From a virus, in IMG/VR virus record IMGVR_UViG_3300032325_000466, positions 96,001-160,000 of that record: DNA of 64,000 nt, one strand, 5' to 3'. A program made the translations under genes and the position numbers. The notes below the pieces were generated by a model, which saw only the letters and a program-made list of their open reading frames with translations, searched no databases and was not told the origin of the DNA. Numbering within the stretch: position 1 is the stretch's first letter; each line of letters starts with the position of its first letter. This document shows, one piece after another, positions 55,767-64,000 of the stretch.

Positions 55767-56282
55767 ATGGAGATTAAAATTAAAATATTATCATTAGATA
55801 CAAATAGTCCTTACGATCTTACAGAGTTACCAGATGAGATTGATGATTTAAGATTTGCGATTTTGGATAACTCCAACCCAAACGCAGTAGACTATCATTA
55901 TATCCCACTTATTTTCTTAGAGTCTTTTAACTCGCCTGCGCTGGTACTGCGAATCGGCAATCATACTATCAAAATGCCTGTAGATTGGCAAATTCTTATT
56001 GGCGAACCTGATCATGGTGACTTAGAAACGCTGCCACTTACCAGTATCAATGATCGTGGCTTCAATGTATTTGAGTTTAATCCACTAAGTGCGTTTAGCC
56101 CTAGCTTTTTGCCCATAGAAATCCTAGATGTGTATCACGATGTAACTTGGTATGCACCTAGATTAAAGAATGGCCAATTCTTATGCGTACCTATTAGTGA
56201 TGGTATTAGACCCAAGTGCGTTTACTTTGTTAAAGAGATTAGCAGAAATTGTGAATTGGTTGATTATAGGTTAGCTTGGTAA
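55767..56282 (+). CDS. Conserved phage hypothetical protein (start uncertain)
   Basis: 171-aa ORF behind TTGACT-N17-TAAAAT. GGAG at 55769 is positioned for an ATT codon at 55779. Confidence 0.7.
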   Translation: MEIKIKILSLDTNSPYDLTELPDEIDDLRFAILDNSNPNAVDYHYIPLIFLESFNSPALVLRIGNHTIKMPVDWQILIGEPDHGDLETLPLTSINDRGFNVFEFNPLSAFSPSFLPIEILDVYHDVTWYAPRLKNGQFLCVPISDGIRPKCVYFVKEISRNCELVDYRLAW

Positions 56283-56305
56283 GAATATACCTGTCAGGAA
56301 AAAAT

Positions 56306-57016
56306 ATGATTATTTATTATTTGATGGTTAAAACTCATACCGTGACTGGACTTAAATATCTTTGCCAAACAAAAAAATCGGACCCGCACAATTATCTTGG
56401 ATCGGGTAAATATTGGAGACTACATTTAAAAACACATGGGAACGACATCCACACTGAAATCTTAAAAGAGTGCTCCTCTAAGTTAGAATTAAGAGAATGG
56501 GGCATACATTATAGCAATTTATGGAATGTTACAAAGAGTAATGAATGGGCTAATTTGAAAGATGAAACCGGTGACGGTGGCCAACCAAAGGGATTTGGTT
56601 TAGGAAGAAAGCTATCCGACTCCCACGTAGACTCATTGAAAAAAGCAAAAACAACAATGAATGAAGAAACTATTCAAAAAATGGTTCAATCTGGAAAAAA
56701 ATCATACGAAAAAACATTTGCGTTGCTTACTACTGAACAGCGGAAAGAGAAATATAAAAATAGTTTAGGAAAATTAACATTAGAACAGCGACAAGAAATT
56801 GGACGAAAAAATGAGAACAAAGGTGGAGCTATTTGGAGCAGGGCGTCATCAGGACAAGTTACAGTGACCTATAAAAACGGTATTAGTAAAAGAATTCCAC
56901 AACAGTTATTTAACGACATGAAGAATGATATGATTTTAAAAAATATACCAATGAATGAATGGGATTTCGTTCAAGTGAGTTCATTAGAATCTAAAAAGAG
57001 AAAAAATGGCTGCTAA
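56306..57016 (+). mobile_element. Free-standing homing endonuclease (Seg/GIY-YIG-like)
   Basis: IYYLMVKTH..TGLKYLCQT...Y.GSG.YW..HLK.HG; WANL..ETGDGG; basic C-terminal repeats. Confidence 0.7.
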
Positions 57017-57602
57017 AAAATCTGTAGTACCAGCAGACGAAAAATTTGAAAAACAAGACTTTGACTTGTTTGAGTCATTGGTTGCACTGGATAAAAAAGA
57101 CTATGACTGGTACGATAGATTAACCACAGATCAAAAGAAAAAGTTCGTTCCCTATATGTTGTTACATTGGATGAGTGCGATTAAGGGGTCACCAGAGTTA
57201 CAAGGATATTATTTGCGTAGTGTAGATTACTATGCGAACAGACATATGTTTAATGAACATGTACAGCGGCATCCCAAGCTACAATGGTTGATGTTGTGTG
57301 CAGCAAGTCCAGGATTAGGTAAACAATTTCATCAATGGATTCCCCATCTTAGCAGCAAAGTAACTCAACTAAAAGAACCAGCAAAAGTAAAAGACATTAA
57401 AGAATACTTTAAGAAGATTTATCCAAAAACAAATGATAGTGATATTACTGAATACGCTGAAGCATTTGTAGCAGACCATAAAAAGAAATGCTATTTGGCT
57501 AAGATTTATCCAACTTTAAGTATCACTGATATTGAAACTCTAAGTCAAATAATAACAGAAGATGATATTACAAAATACGAAAGAGATAATGGCAACGGAT
57601 AA
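57006..57602 (+). CDS. Putative clamp-loader small subunit (gp62-like)
   Basis: F.PYM..HWMS, HPKLQWLMLC.....GKQFHQWI; replication-gene context. Confidence 0.5.
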   Translation: MAAKKSVVPADEKFEKQDFDLFESLVALDKKDYDWYDRLTTDQKKKFVPYMLLHWMSAIKGSPELQGYYLRSVDYYANRHMFNEHVQRHPKLQWLMLCAASPGLGKQFHQWIPHLSSKVTQLKEPAKVKDIKEYFKKIYPKTNDSDITEYAEAFVADHKKKCYLAKIYPTLSITDIETLSQIITEDDITKYERDNGNG

Positions 57603-58278
57603 TACAGAATCGGGTTGTGAATTCTGTGGTAGAAAATTTAAAAGACCTTCTACTCTACTTTCTCATATATGTGAGTATAAGCACCGTTGGTTGGAAAGAG
57701 ATAGGCCTGCAAATAGGATAGGCTTTCAATCTTGGTTACAATTCTATAGTAAAAACTCTGCATCTAAAAAGAATCGCACTTATGAAGAATTTATTCGTAG
57801 TCCATATTATACTGGATTTATAAAGTTTGGACTACATTGTGTAGAAATCAAAGCGTTAAATATAAGTAGATATGTAGATTGGTTACTAAAGAATCAAATT
57901 AAATTAGATACTTGGAATACTGATACTGTATATACTAAGTTTTTAATTGAATATCTACGCACAGAAGATCCTTTTGACGCTATTGCCAGAAGTGTAGAAA
58001 CTACTATTGAATTGGCCGAAACAGAAAAAGTCAATCACAATGATTATATCAGATATGGCAATGTAAATAGGATTTGCTATAATATTACTACGGGTAATAT
58101 TAGTCCATGGTTACTGTATCATAGTGAAAGTGGTGTTAAGTTTTTAGAAAACTTAGATCCTATTCAAGTAAAGATGATTATTGATTACATTAATCCTGAA
58201 CTGTGGGCTATTAAATTTAAACGCGAACCTGCAGTAGTTAAGCAAGTTAAAGAGTTATTGGTTCAGGCTAAGTATTGA
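57589..58278 (+). CDS. Conserved hypothetical protein with an N-terminal C2HC zinc finger
   Basis: CEFCGRKF......SHICE; probable ATG at 57589. Confidence 0.65.
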   Translation: MATDNTESGCEFCGRKFKRPSTLLSHICEYKHRWLERDRPANRIGFQSWLQFYSKNSASKKNRTYEEFIRSPYYTGFIKFGLHCVEIKALNISRYVDWLLKNQIKLDTWNTDTVYTKFLIEYLRTEDPFDAIARSVETTIELAETEKVNHNDYIRYGNVNRICYNITTGNISPWLLYHSESGVKFLENLDPIQVKMIIDYINPELWAIKFKREPAVVKQVKELLVQAKY

Positions 58279-58279
58279 T

Positions 58280-58480
58280 ATGAGATTTGTTCCCTTCCAC
58301 TGGCATGTTAGAGTATACGGTCTTGTGATATGTGATCCAGCTTGGTGGGTAGACAATGAAGAAGAAATACATGCTTGGATGGATGAACATATAGCAGGTG
58401 GATCTACTTGCCAACTAGGTATGACGATTCAATTTAAGAGTGACCAAGATCAACTATTGTTTCTTTTAAGATGGGAATAA
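58280..58480 (+). CDS. Small protein of the 'F....D..LFLLRW' family
   Basis: Ends IQFKSDQDQLLFLLRWE. Confidence 0.6.
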   Translation: MRFVPFHWHVRVYGLVICDPAWWVDNEEEIHAWMDEHIAGGSTCQLGMTIQFKSDQDQLLFLLRWE

Positions 58481-58746
58481 AAATGATGAATTATGACTAC
58501 TTATGTTTACATGTAGGTCGAAAGTTTGGACGTATTTTTTCTGATATAAAAAACGCATATTTTTTAGACACTGGAGTGAATGAGTCTACATTTAAGCTTC
58601 AAGCTTTTAATTCTTATATTGAAGAACACTATGGTGTTAGGCTCTTCAATGATATAACTATTCCTGCACGGGGAAGAAATATTGCTGTTGATGATATCAT
58701 TATATTAGATGAGAAGAAATACCTGATGTTTTTATTACGGAAATAA
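58471..58746 (+). CDS. Small protein of the 'DE.KY..FLL' family
   Basis: Ends ILDEKKYLMFLLRK. Confidence 0.6.
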   Translation: MGIKMMNYDYLCLHVGRKFGRIFSDIKNAYFLDTGVNESTFKLQAFNSYIEEHYGVRLFNDITIPARGRNIAVDDIIILDEKKYLMFLLRK

Positions 58747-58747
58747 T

Positions 58748-58954
58748 GTGGATCATAATCTTATTTTGTCTGCTCTTAAATTAATAAGAAAAGAATATCT
58801 TACCGATCCCCGTTACGCAGATAAACAATTTGACACATATCGTTTTGTAGAGTATGTACGAGATAAATATGGCATTGCAATGAAAGTAGGAAGAAGAGGT
58901 TATCGAATAGTAGATGAAACAAAATATACATACTTTTTACTTAAATTCACATGA
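58748..58954 (+). CDS. Small protein of the 'DE.KY..FLL' family
   Basis: Ends IVDETKYTYFLLKFT. Confidence 0.6.
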   Translation: MDHNLILSALKLIRKEYLTDPRYADKQFDTYRFVEYVRDKYGIAMKVGRRGYRIVDETKYTYFLLKFT

Positions 58955-59295
58955 ACAGCCGATACCCCATATCAAAAAAAATATATAAAGGTAAAAGACC
59001 CAAATGGATAATCTCATGGGCTGAAAGAGATAATCCAAAAGGTCTTAGTAGGCAACCTATTATAGGATTGGTGTGTAAAAATTATATGGGTGAATTTGGT
59101 GTACAAATTAGAATGTTTAACGGTGATTATAATTTATTATGGATCAATGAATTAGCCACAGATTTCAATAGATATACTCAATGGGTAGAAGATACCTACG
59201 ATATGACCGCTATGATATTTGACAATGAAGAATCAGCACAAAAAGCACAAGCTGTTTTAGAACAATTGCTAATGGTTAAGATACTTACAGCATGA
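58951..59295 (+). CDS. Hypothetical protein
   Basis: 114 aa, coupled to its neighbours. Confidence 0.6.
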   Translation: MNSRYPISKKIYKGKRPKWIISWAERDNPKGLSRQPIIGLVCKNYMGEFGVQIRMFNGDYNLLWINELATDFNRYTQWVEDTYDMTAMIFDNEESAQKAQAVLEQLLMVKILTA

Positions 59296-59540
59296 ACAAA
59301 ATTACTTTTGACCAAGAACATTATCATTCTATCCCGAGTATGGAAGCATGGTGTACGGAACAATTTGGTCCAGGTACTTGGATATTTATTACTCCCCAAC
59401 GTTCTTTAGGATGGATCAGTGAAGCTATATGGCAAGGGTTAGACGCTTATGCGTGGGCTATAGACCATTCTTTTGGAAGTACAACCTTTATCTTTAAAAA
59501 AGACGAACACTATGAGTGGTTCGCACTAAGATGGGGTTAG
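59292..59540 (+). CDS. Small protein of the 'F.F.....WFALRW' family
   Basis: Ends FIFKKDEHYEWFALRWG. Confidence 0.6.
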   Translation: MNKITFDQEHYHSIPSMEAWCTEQFGPGTWIFITPQRSLGWISEAIWQGLDAYAWAIDHSFGSTTFIFKKDEHYEWFALRWG

Positions 59541-59542
59541 CG

Positions 59543-59812
59543 ATGGATTGGGGTAAAAGCAAATTAAACATAGAAGAAACAAAGTACGCTGCATATATTG
59601 ACAAGCGCAGAAAGTATTGGGAATCTCTAAGAAAGATACGAGAAGAGTATTCTAAGACTATTGGGAACAATCTGTTCAATGCCAATGATTTTGAAATGCA
59701 TGTAGAAGAAACATATGGTATAAGATTGGTATATTATGAGGGTAACATAGCTGGAACTTATGAAATACTTGATGAACAAAAACACCTTATCTATTTGTTG
59801 AAATTCACATAA
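59543..59812 (+). CDS. Small protein of the 'DE.K...YLLKF' family
   Basis: Ends ILDEQKHLIYLLKFT; probable ATG at 59543. Confidence 0.6.
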   Translation: MDWGKSKLNIEETKYAAYIDKRRKYWESLRKIREEYSKTIGNNLFNANDFEMHVEETYGIRLVYYEGNIAGTYEILDEQKHLIYLLKFT

Positions 59813-59883
59813 GCCCAAATCTATTGATAAAAATAAAAACCCATGCTATACTGCAAGATAATATTTCTAGGAACTTGGATATA

Positions 59884-60381
59884 ATGATTATTTATTTGGA
59901 TATGGATGATGTAGTAGCTGATTGGACTGGTGCCGCAAGCACTTACTTAGGTATTGACTTAACTAAAGAAAATGAGCGATTACCCGAATCACAGTGGGAT
60001 ATCTTAAAACAATTTGGTAGATTTTATCGCAACTTGCCTCTTAAAGAAGGTGCTGACGAATTGGTCACTTGGTGTGCACAGTATTGTATTAAAACTGGGG
60101 CAGGCCTAAGGTTCTTAACAGCACTACCAAGTCAAAACGATATGCCTTGGGCAGTACAAGATAAAGTATGGTGGGCAGCAGATCATTTCCCTAACATACC
60201 AGTATTCATTGGTCCTTATAGTGGTGACAAATGGAAACACTGCCAGATAGGTGATGTATTGATTGATGATAGAGAGAGTAATTGTAGTGATTGGGCTAAA
60301 GCAGGTGGCTTGGCTCATGTATATAGAAATTGGGAACAATGCCAACATTGGCTAAAAAACACATTACCAGGAGCAGAATAA
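59884..60381 (+). CDS. 5'(3')-deoxyribonucleotidase (NT5C, HAD family)
   Basis: IYLDMDDVVADW, FLTA, DK..W, K......GDVLIDDR.SN..DW..AGG. Confidence 0.85.
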   Translation: MIIYLDMDDVVADWTGAASTYLGIDLTKENERLPESQWDILKQFGRFYRNLPLKEGADELVTWCAQYCIKTGAGLRFLTALPSQNDMPWAVQDKVWWAADHFPNIPVFIGPYSGDKWKHCQIGDVLIDDRESNCSDWAKAGGLAHVYRNWEQCQHWLKNTLPGAE

Positions 60382-60932
60382 TGGCAGCAGACCATATTAT
60401 GGTGGATATTGAAAGTTTAGATACAAGCCCCACTTGTGTAATTCTTACGATCGGTGCAGTACTATTTGATCCCAAAGGCATGGGTATCACTGATAAGTTA
60501 GAACTTAGACCCGTGATAGATGAGCAAACTGAAAAGTTTAATCGCACTATCAGTGACTCTACTATTAAATGGTGGAGTACGCAAAGTCCTGAGGCTATAG
60601 AAGAAGCTATGGGAGATCAAGGCCGTGAAAGTTTGAGAACCTGTATGGAGAGATTGCATAAATTTTGTTGGAATCGTAAAGCAATATGGTCACATGGTGC
60701 TCCGTTTGATGTAGTAGCTATGGAAACAGCGTACCGACAACTTGAAATGAATATCCCATGGCAGTATTGGACAGTTAGAGATACACGCACACTGTTCGAC
60801 ATTACAGGAGTTAGCTTGAAAGATGGCGGGCATGTGACAACACACAAAGCGGTAGAAGATGCGGAACGTCAGGTTATCGTAGTGCAAAATGCTTATCGTA
60901 AGTTAATTAAAGCAGGTGTAGTTGCTCCATGA
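60381..60932 (+). CDS. DEDDh 3'-5' exonuclease (DexA/Rv2179c-like)
   Basis: HIMVDIESL, IWSHGAPFD, RDTRT, HKAVEDA. Confidence 0.85.
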   Translation: MAADHIMVDIESLDTSPTCVILTIGAVLFDPKGMGITDKLELRPVIDEQTEKFNRTISDSTIKWWSTQSPEAIEEAMGDQGRESLRTCMERLHKFCWNRKAIWSHGAPFDVVAMETAYRQLEMNIPWQYWTVRDTRTLFDITGVSLKDGGHVTTHKAVEDAERQVIVVQNAYRKLIKAGVVAP

Positions 60933-61516
60933 AATTAAAAGGCGATATTGATATTGACTTTGGATCAAGAGATGACCTATTAAAATTAATCACTCATACA
61001 CCAGCAGCTATGCGTAAGGTTAATCCTATTCGCAAACATGCTACTGGAGTATATGTTACCGATATCCCATATGATCCCATTAACGATATGGCTGCAATAG
61101 ATTATGCAGATGCAGAAGACAGAGGTTATTTTAAATTAGACTTGCTTAATGTGTATGTATATTCACAAGTTAAAAATGAACAGCACTTGATATCACTGAT
61201 GAGAGAACCTAATTGGAATCTTCTATTAGATAGAAAATTTGTCGGGCAACTGGTTCATTTGAATAATCATTATCAGTCTATCAAAAGAATGCCAGAACCT
61301 ATCAATAGTATTCCCAGATTAGCTATGTTTTTAGCATTGATTCGACCATCTAAAAAACATTTAATTGGTGAGTCTTGGCAAGAAGTAGCTAAGACTGTAT
61401 GGGATAAAGAAGATGATGGCTATAGCTTCAAAAAAAGTCACAGCGTATCCTATAGCCAACTAGTAGTAGTACATATGAATTTATTGGAAGAACAAAATGT
61501 ACCAATTAGTACCTGA
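60929..61516 (+). CDS. Miniature DNA polymerase III alpha (DnaE)-like catalytic-domain protein
   Basis: GDIDIDF, RKHATGVYV, GYFKLDLLN, and YSFKKSHSVSY resembling the DnaE YxFNKSHxxxY motif. Confidence 0.75.
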   Translation: MKLKGDIDIDFGSRDDLLKLITHTPAAMRKVNPIRKHATGVYVTDIPYDPINDMAAIDYADAEDRGYFKLDLLNVYVYSQVKNEQHLISLMREPNWNLLLDRKFVGQLVHLNNHYQSIKRMPEPINSIPRLAMFLALIRPSKKHLIGESWQEVAKTVWDKEDDGYSFKKSHSVSYSQLVVVHMNLLEEQNVPIST

Positions 61517-61973
61517 AACAGACCCTATTCTTAAAAAGAAAGCTGAACCTTGGCTACCCGAAGACTCTTCGCTCAATGAATTGATCTCCGCTATGACTAC
61601 CATAATGTTTCAAAATAATGGTATAGGTCTTGCTGCACCGCAAATAGGTGTTAGTAAAGCTGTTTTAATCATGGGTAATCCTGACAAAGTATATGCTTGT
61701 ATAAATCCTGAAATCATATCAGGTGAGGGCGAAGTAAAAGACATTGAGGGATGTTTAAGCTTTCCCAAGCTTTGGCTTCATGTAAAGCGATACACCAAGA
61801 TTAAAGTTAGGTATTGGGGAATAACAGGTGAGTTAATTGAGTGCGAGTTCGAAGGCTTATTGGCCCGAGTGTTTCAGCACGAATACGATCATTTACAGGG
61901 TCAATGTTTTACTGAAAAAGTAGGTAAGCTAAGTTTAGATTTAGCTAAAAAACGCAGGTTAAAATCAAGATAA
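61497..61973 (+). CDS. def: Peptide deformylase
   Basis: GIGLAAPQIG, EGCLS, QHEYDHLQG. Confidence 0.95.
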   Translation: MYQLVPETDPILKKKAEPWLPEDSSLNELISAMTTIMFQNNGIGLAAPQIGVSKAVLIMGNPDKVYACINPEIISGEGEVKDIEGCLSFPKLWLHVKRYTKIKVRYWGITGELIECEFEGLLARVFQHEYDHLQGQCFTEKVGKLSLDLAKKRRLKSR

Positions 61974-62345
61974 TCGTTTTACTAAGGTAATACTTCTACG
62001 CTTGATTCGTTTTTTGTTTAGCTCACTAATACTACAAGCTGGACCATGCAATATGGTTAAGCTTTTATTAGTAAATGTTCTTAGATATGGTTTGAAAATT
62101 ATCCAATCTTCTTTTAAAAACAAATTGATTGGGATTAATCTATTGCTTTCCCACCACCATATCTCACCTAATTCTAAGAATTTTTCTTTGATCGCAGCAT
62201 CTACAATAGCACCATAATCATATATAGTGGTAACAATATCATCACGATTTTGAACTATGCCTACAAAGTCTTGATTAGCATAATGGCAAATGGTAATAAA
62301 TGGATGTGTTTCGCTTAACTTCTTAAAAAAATCAGGTTGCGTCAT
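61965..62345 (-). CDS. Conserved phage hypothetical protein (only credible minus-strand gene)
   Basis: 126 aa (HPFITICHYANQDFVGIVQN...WWWESNRLIPINLFL) filling an otherwise empty gap; divergent from 62458. Confidence 0.7.
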   Translation of the reverse strand: MTQPDFFKKLSETHPFITICHYANQDFVGIVQNRDDIVTTIYDYGAIVDAAIKEKFLELGEIWWWESNRLIPINLFLKEDWIIFKPYLRTFTNKSLTILHGPACSISELNKKRIKRRSITLVKRLS

Positions 62346-62457
62346 CGTTTTAATTTCATCTTATGCGATATTTATCACCGAATATTTAACCAAATTATTT
62401 TGATATTATGGTTAACGGTATCATTTTTATTGATAAATAAAATATAGGAGTTTTTTT

Positions 62458-63258
62458 GTGTACTCAACCCAAGTATTTCTTTATACTCAGCGCAACATTG
62501 TTGTGCTTTTATCCGGATTTTCAGCGAGATCATATATGCCTCAATACGCCAAACCATTGACCCTGCACAAAGGCGTCGATAACCAAATACAATTTCAATT
62601 TTTAAATCAGGAACAAAAACCGGTTAACATCACAGGTAAAGTCATTACTTGTAGAATTATCAACTATGAAGGTAGTATGTTGTTAATATCTAAGTCTTTG
62701 ACTTTGGATTCTTCAGTAGATTTCCCCGCCAATGGAATTGCTTCTTTATATCTGTCTATTGCTGATTTGGCTGATATTGAAGTGCAAAAATGCTATTACT
62801 CACTTGAATTTTCGACCGCGAATGCTGCTTTACCAGTCTTTGTAGATCAAAATGCAGGTGCTCGCGGTGAAATGAATATTGTAAATTCGGTGCTACCTTC
62901 CTTTATTCCTTCTATGCAAATTACTATTCCAACAGGACAAGCTTTTCCCAATACATCATACTTAGATCAGTATGGAAACTATTATGGTAACGCAAACAAT
63001 ATCATTTATTACACCAGCGTTATTAATACTGATGGGATACCTGTAGTATCACTACAAGCTTCATATGAACAGTTTAATGGTAATGTAGTAATAGAAGGGT
63101 CTACGATTGTTGATGGTGATTGGTATCCAGCAAGCCCAGTTTATTCTTATGCTAATGTAACAGATACAGTTGGGTATACGGTTAGAGGATATCATCCCTA
63201 TATTAGAATGCAGTTTGCAAGCAATGCAGGAGTAGTAACAAATATTTGGTCACGCTAA
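62458..63258 (+). CDS. Putative virion structural protein
   Basis: Late-type GATAAATA plus AGGAG RBS, GTG start; BppU-like pattern LTLHKGVDNQIQFQFLNQEQKPVNITG. Confidence 0.6.
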   Translation: MYSTQVFLYTQRNIVVLLSGFSARSYMPQYAKPLTLHKGVDNQIQFQFLNQEQKPVNITGKVITCRIINYEGSMLLISKSLTLDSSVDFPANGIASLYLSIADLADIEVQKCYYSLEFSTANAALPVFVDQNAGARGEMNIVNSVLPSFIPSMQITIPTGQAFPNTSYLDQYGNYYGNANNIIYYTSVINTDGIPVVSLQASYEQFNGNVVIEGSTIVDGDWYPASPVYSYANVTDTVGYTVRGYHPYIRMQFASNAGVVTNIWSR

Positions 63259-63269
63259 TACCAAACTTG

Positions 63270-63298
63270 TTGCGAGTGTAGCTAAAATATGCTATACT
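63270..63298 (+). promoter_or_regulatory. Sigma70 promoter for primase
   Basis: TTGCGA-N17-TATACT, 6 nt before ATG 63305. Confidence 0.6.
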
Positions 63299-63304
63299 AC
63301 ATGA

Positions 63305-64000
63305 ATGTTTGACATATTGTCTATTATTCCCGGTAAGAAAAAGATGTCAGGTAGTGGCTGGCACAGCTTTAATGCTGTGTGTTGCCATCACCGAGGGCAT
63401 CGAGCAGACCGCAGGCAGCGAGGTGGAATCAAGTTTGATGGTCAAACTAATTGGACAATGCATTGTTTTAATTGCAAATATAGTTGCAGTTTTATATTGG
63501 GCAGAAGTATACATTATAAAACAAGACAATTATTGATATGGTCTGGTGTAGATGAACAGCAAATACAGCGTTGGAACTTAGAAAGCTTACAACAAAAGGA
63601 CTTGCTTGATTTTACTATAACCAAACGCTCAAGAAACAAGATAAAGTTTACTGATCACAAATTACCAGACGGTGAACTTATTGATCCAAAGAATCCCAAA
63701 CACACACACTTTGTTAAGTATTTGAGTTCACGAGGACTGCAGCCAAGTGATTATCCATTCTTAGTGACTCCTAATTTGCCTGGTAGATACAGTAACAGAA
63801 TTATCATACCCTACACTTATAAAGATAAGATAGTTGGACATACCAGTAGATTTTTAGATTCAAATCTTCCCAAATATATCAACGAACAACAACCTGGATA
63901 TGTTTTTGGTATAGATTTTCAACGTCCTGATTATAGTGTATGTATTTTGGTTGAGGGTATATTTGATGCACTTAGTTTAAATGCTTGTGCCCTAATGCAT
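63305..64000 (+). CDS. DNA primase (T4 gp61-like), 3'-truncated by the window edge; absent from the ORF track
   Basis: Hand translation MFDILSIIPGKKK..GW.SFNAVCC...RGG....HCFNC (Zn domain), RIIIP, SRFLD...KY, TOPRIM LVEGIFDALS. Confidence 0.88.
   Translation, partial: MFDILSIIPGKKKMSGSGWHSFNAVCCHHRGHRADRRQRGGIKFDGQTNWTMHCFNCKYSCSFILGRSIHYKTRQLLIWSGVDEQQIQRWNLESLQQKDLLDFTITKRSRNKIKFTDHKLPDGELIDPKNPKHTHFVKYLSSRGLQPSDYPFLVTPNLPGRYSNRIIIPYTYKDKIVGHTSRFLDSNLPKYINEQQPGYVFGIDFQRPDYSVCILVEGIFDALSLNACALMH

Noticed and set aside
1-64000. Stop-codon reassignment (alternative genetic code) as in some jumbo phages
   Set aside because: Core genes (terminase, thyA, uvsX, uvsW) are full-length in the standard code, and TAA, TAG and TGA all serve as terminators.

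Overview
A 64-kb slice of a large AT-rich T4-like (myovirus-type) jumbo phage genome, probably infecting a proteobacterium (inferred from the tmRNA tag, sigma70 promoters and a TIGR02001 porin). Nearly all genes are on the + strand. In order: a 5'-truncated giant virion/baseplate protein and a tail fiber with an S74 chaperone; a circularly permuted two-piece tmRNA gene; an accessory metabolic island (ArgZ-like arginine dihydrolase, heptose-pathway genes, porin, rubrerythrin/rubredoxin, plcP-agt lipid-remodelling pair); early-gene cassettes behind a repeated TTGACAATAAAT-N-TATAAT promoter (GIY-YIG, MoxR/vWA, W/R-D-Q-A repeat proteins, HD hydrolase); DHFR/thyA; spanins; terminase large subunit; a 1359-aa protein made of modules joined by repeated M-A-E-G linkers; and replication/recombination genes (gp32, UvsX, UvsY, UvsW, gp62-like, a 195-aa DnaE-like protein, primase) plus peptide deformylase. 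The most notable items are the permuted tmRNA, the MAE|G cassette polyprotein together with T4-IP-like capsid-targeting N-termini, apparently leaderless late genes, and six genes whose stop codon is the TGA of the next promoter's -35 box. All product calls come from motif recognition by eye; no database searches were run.
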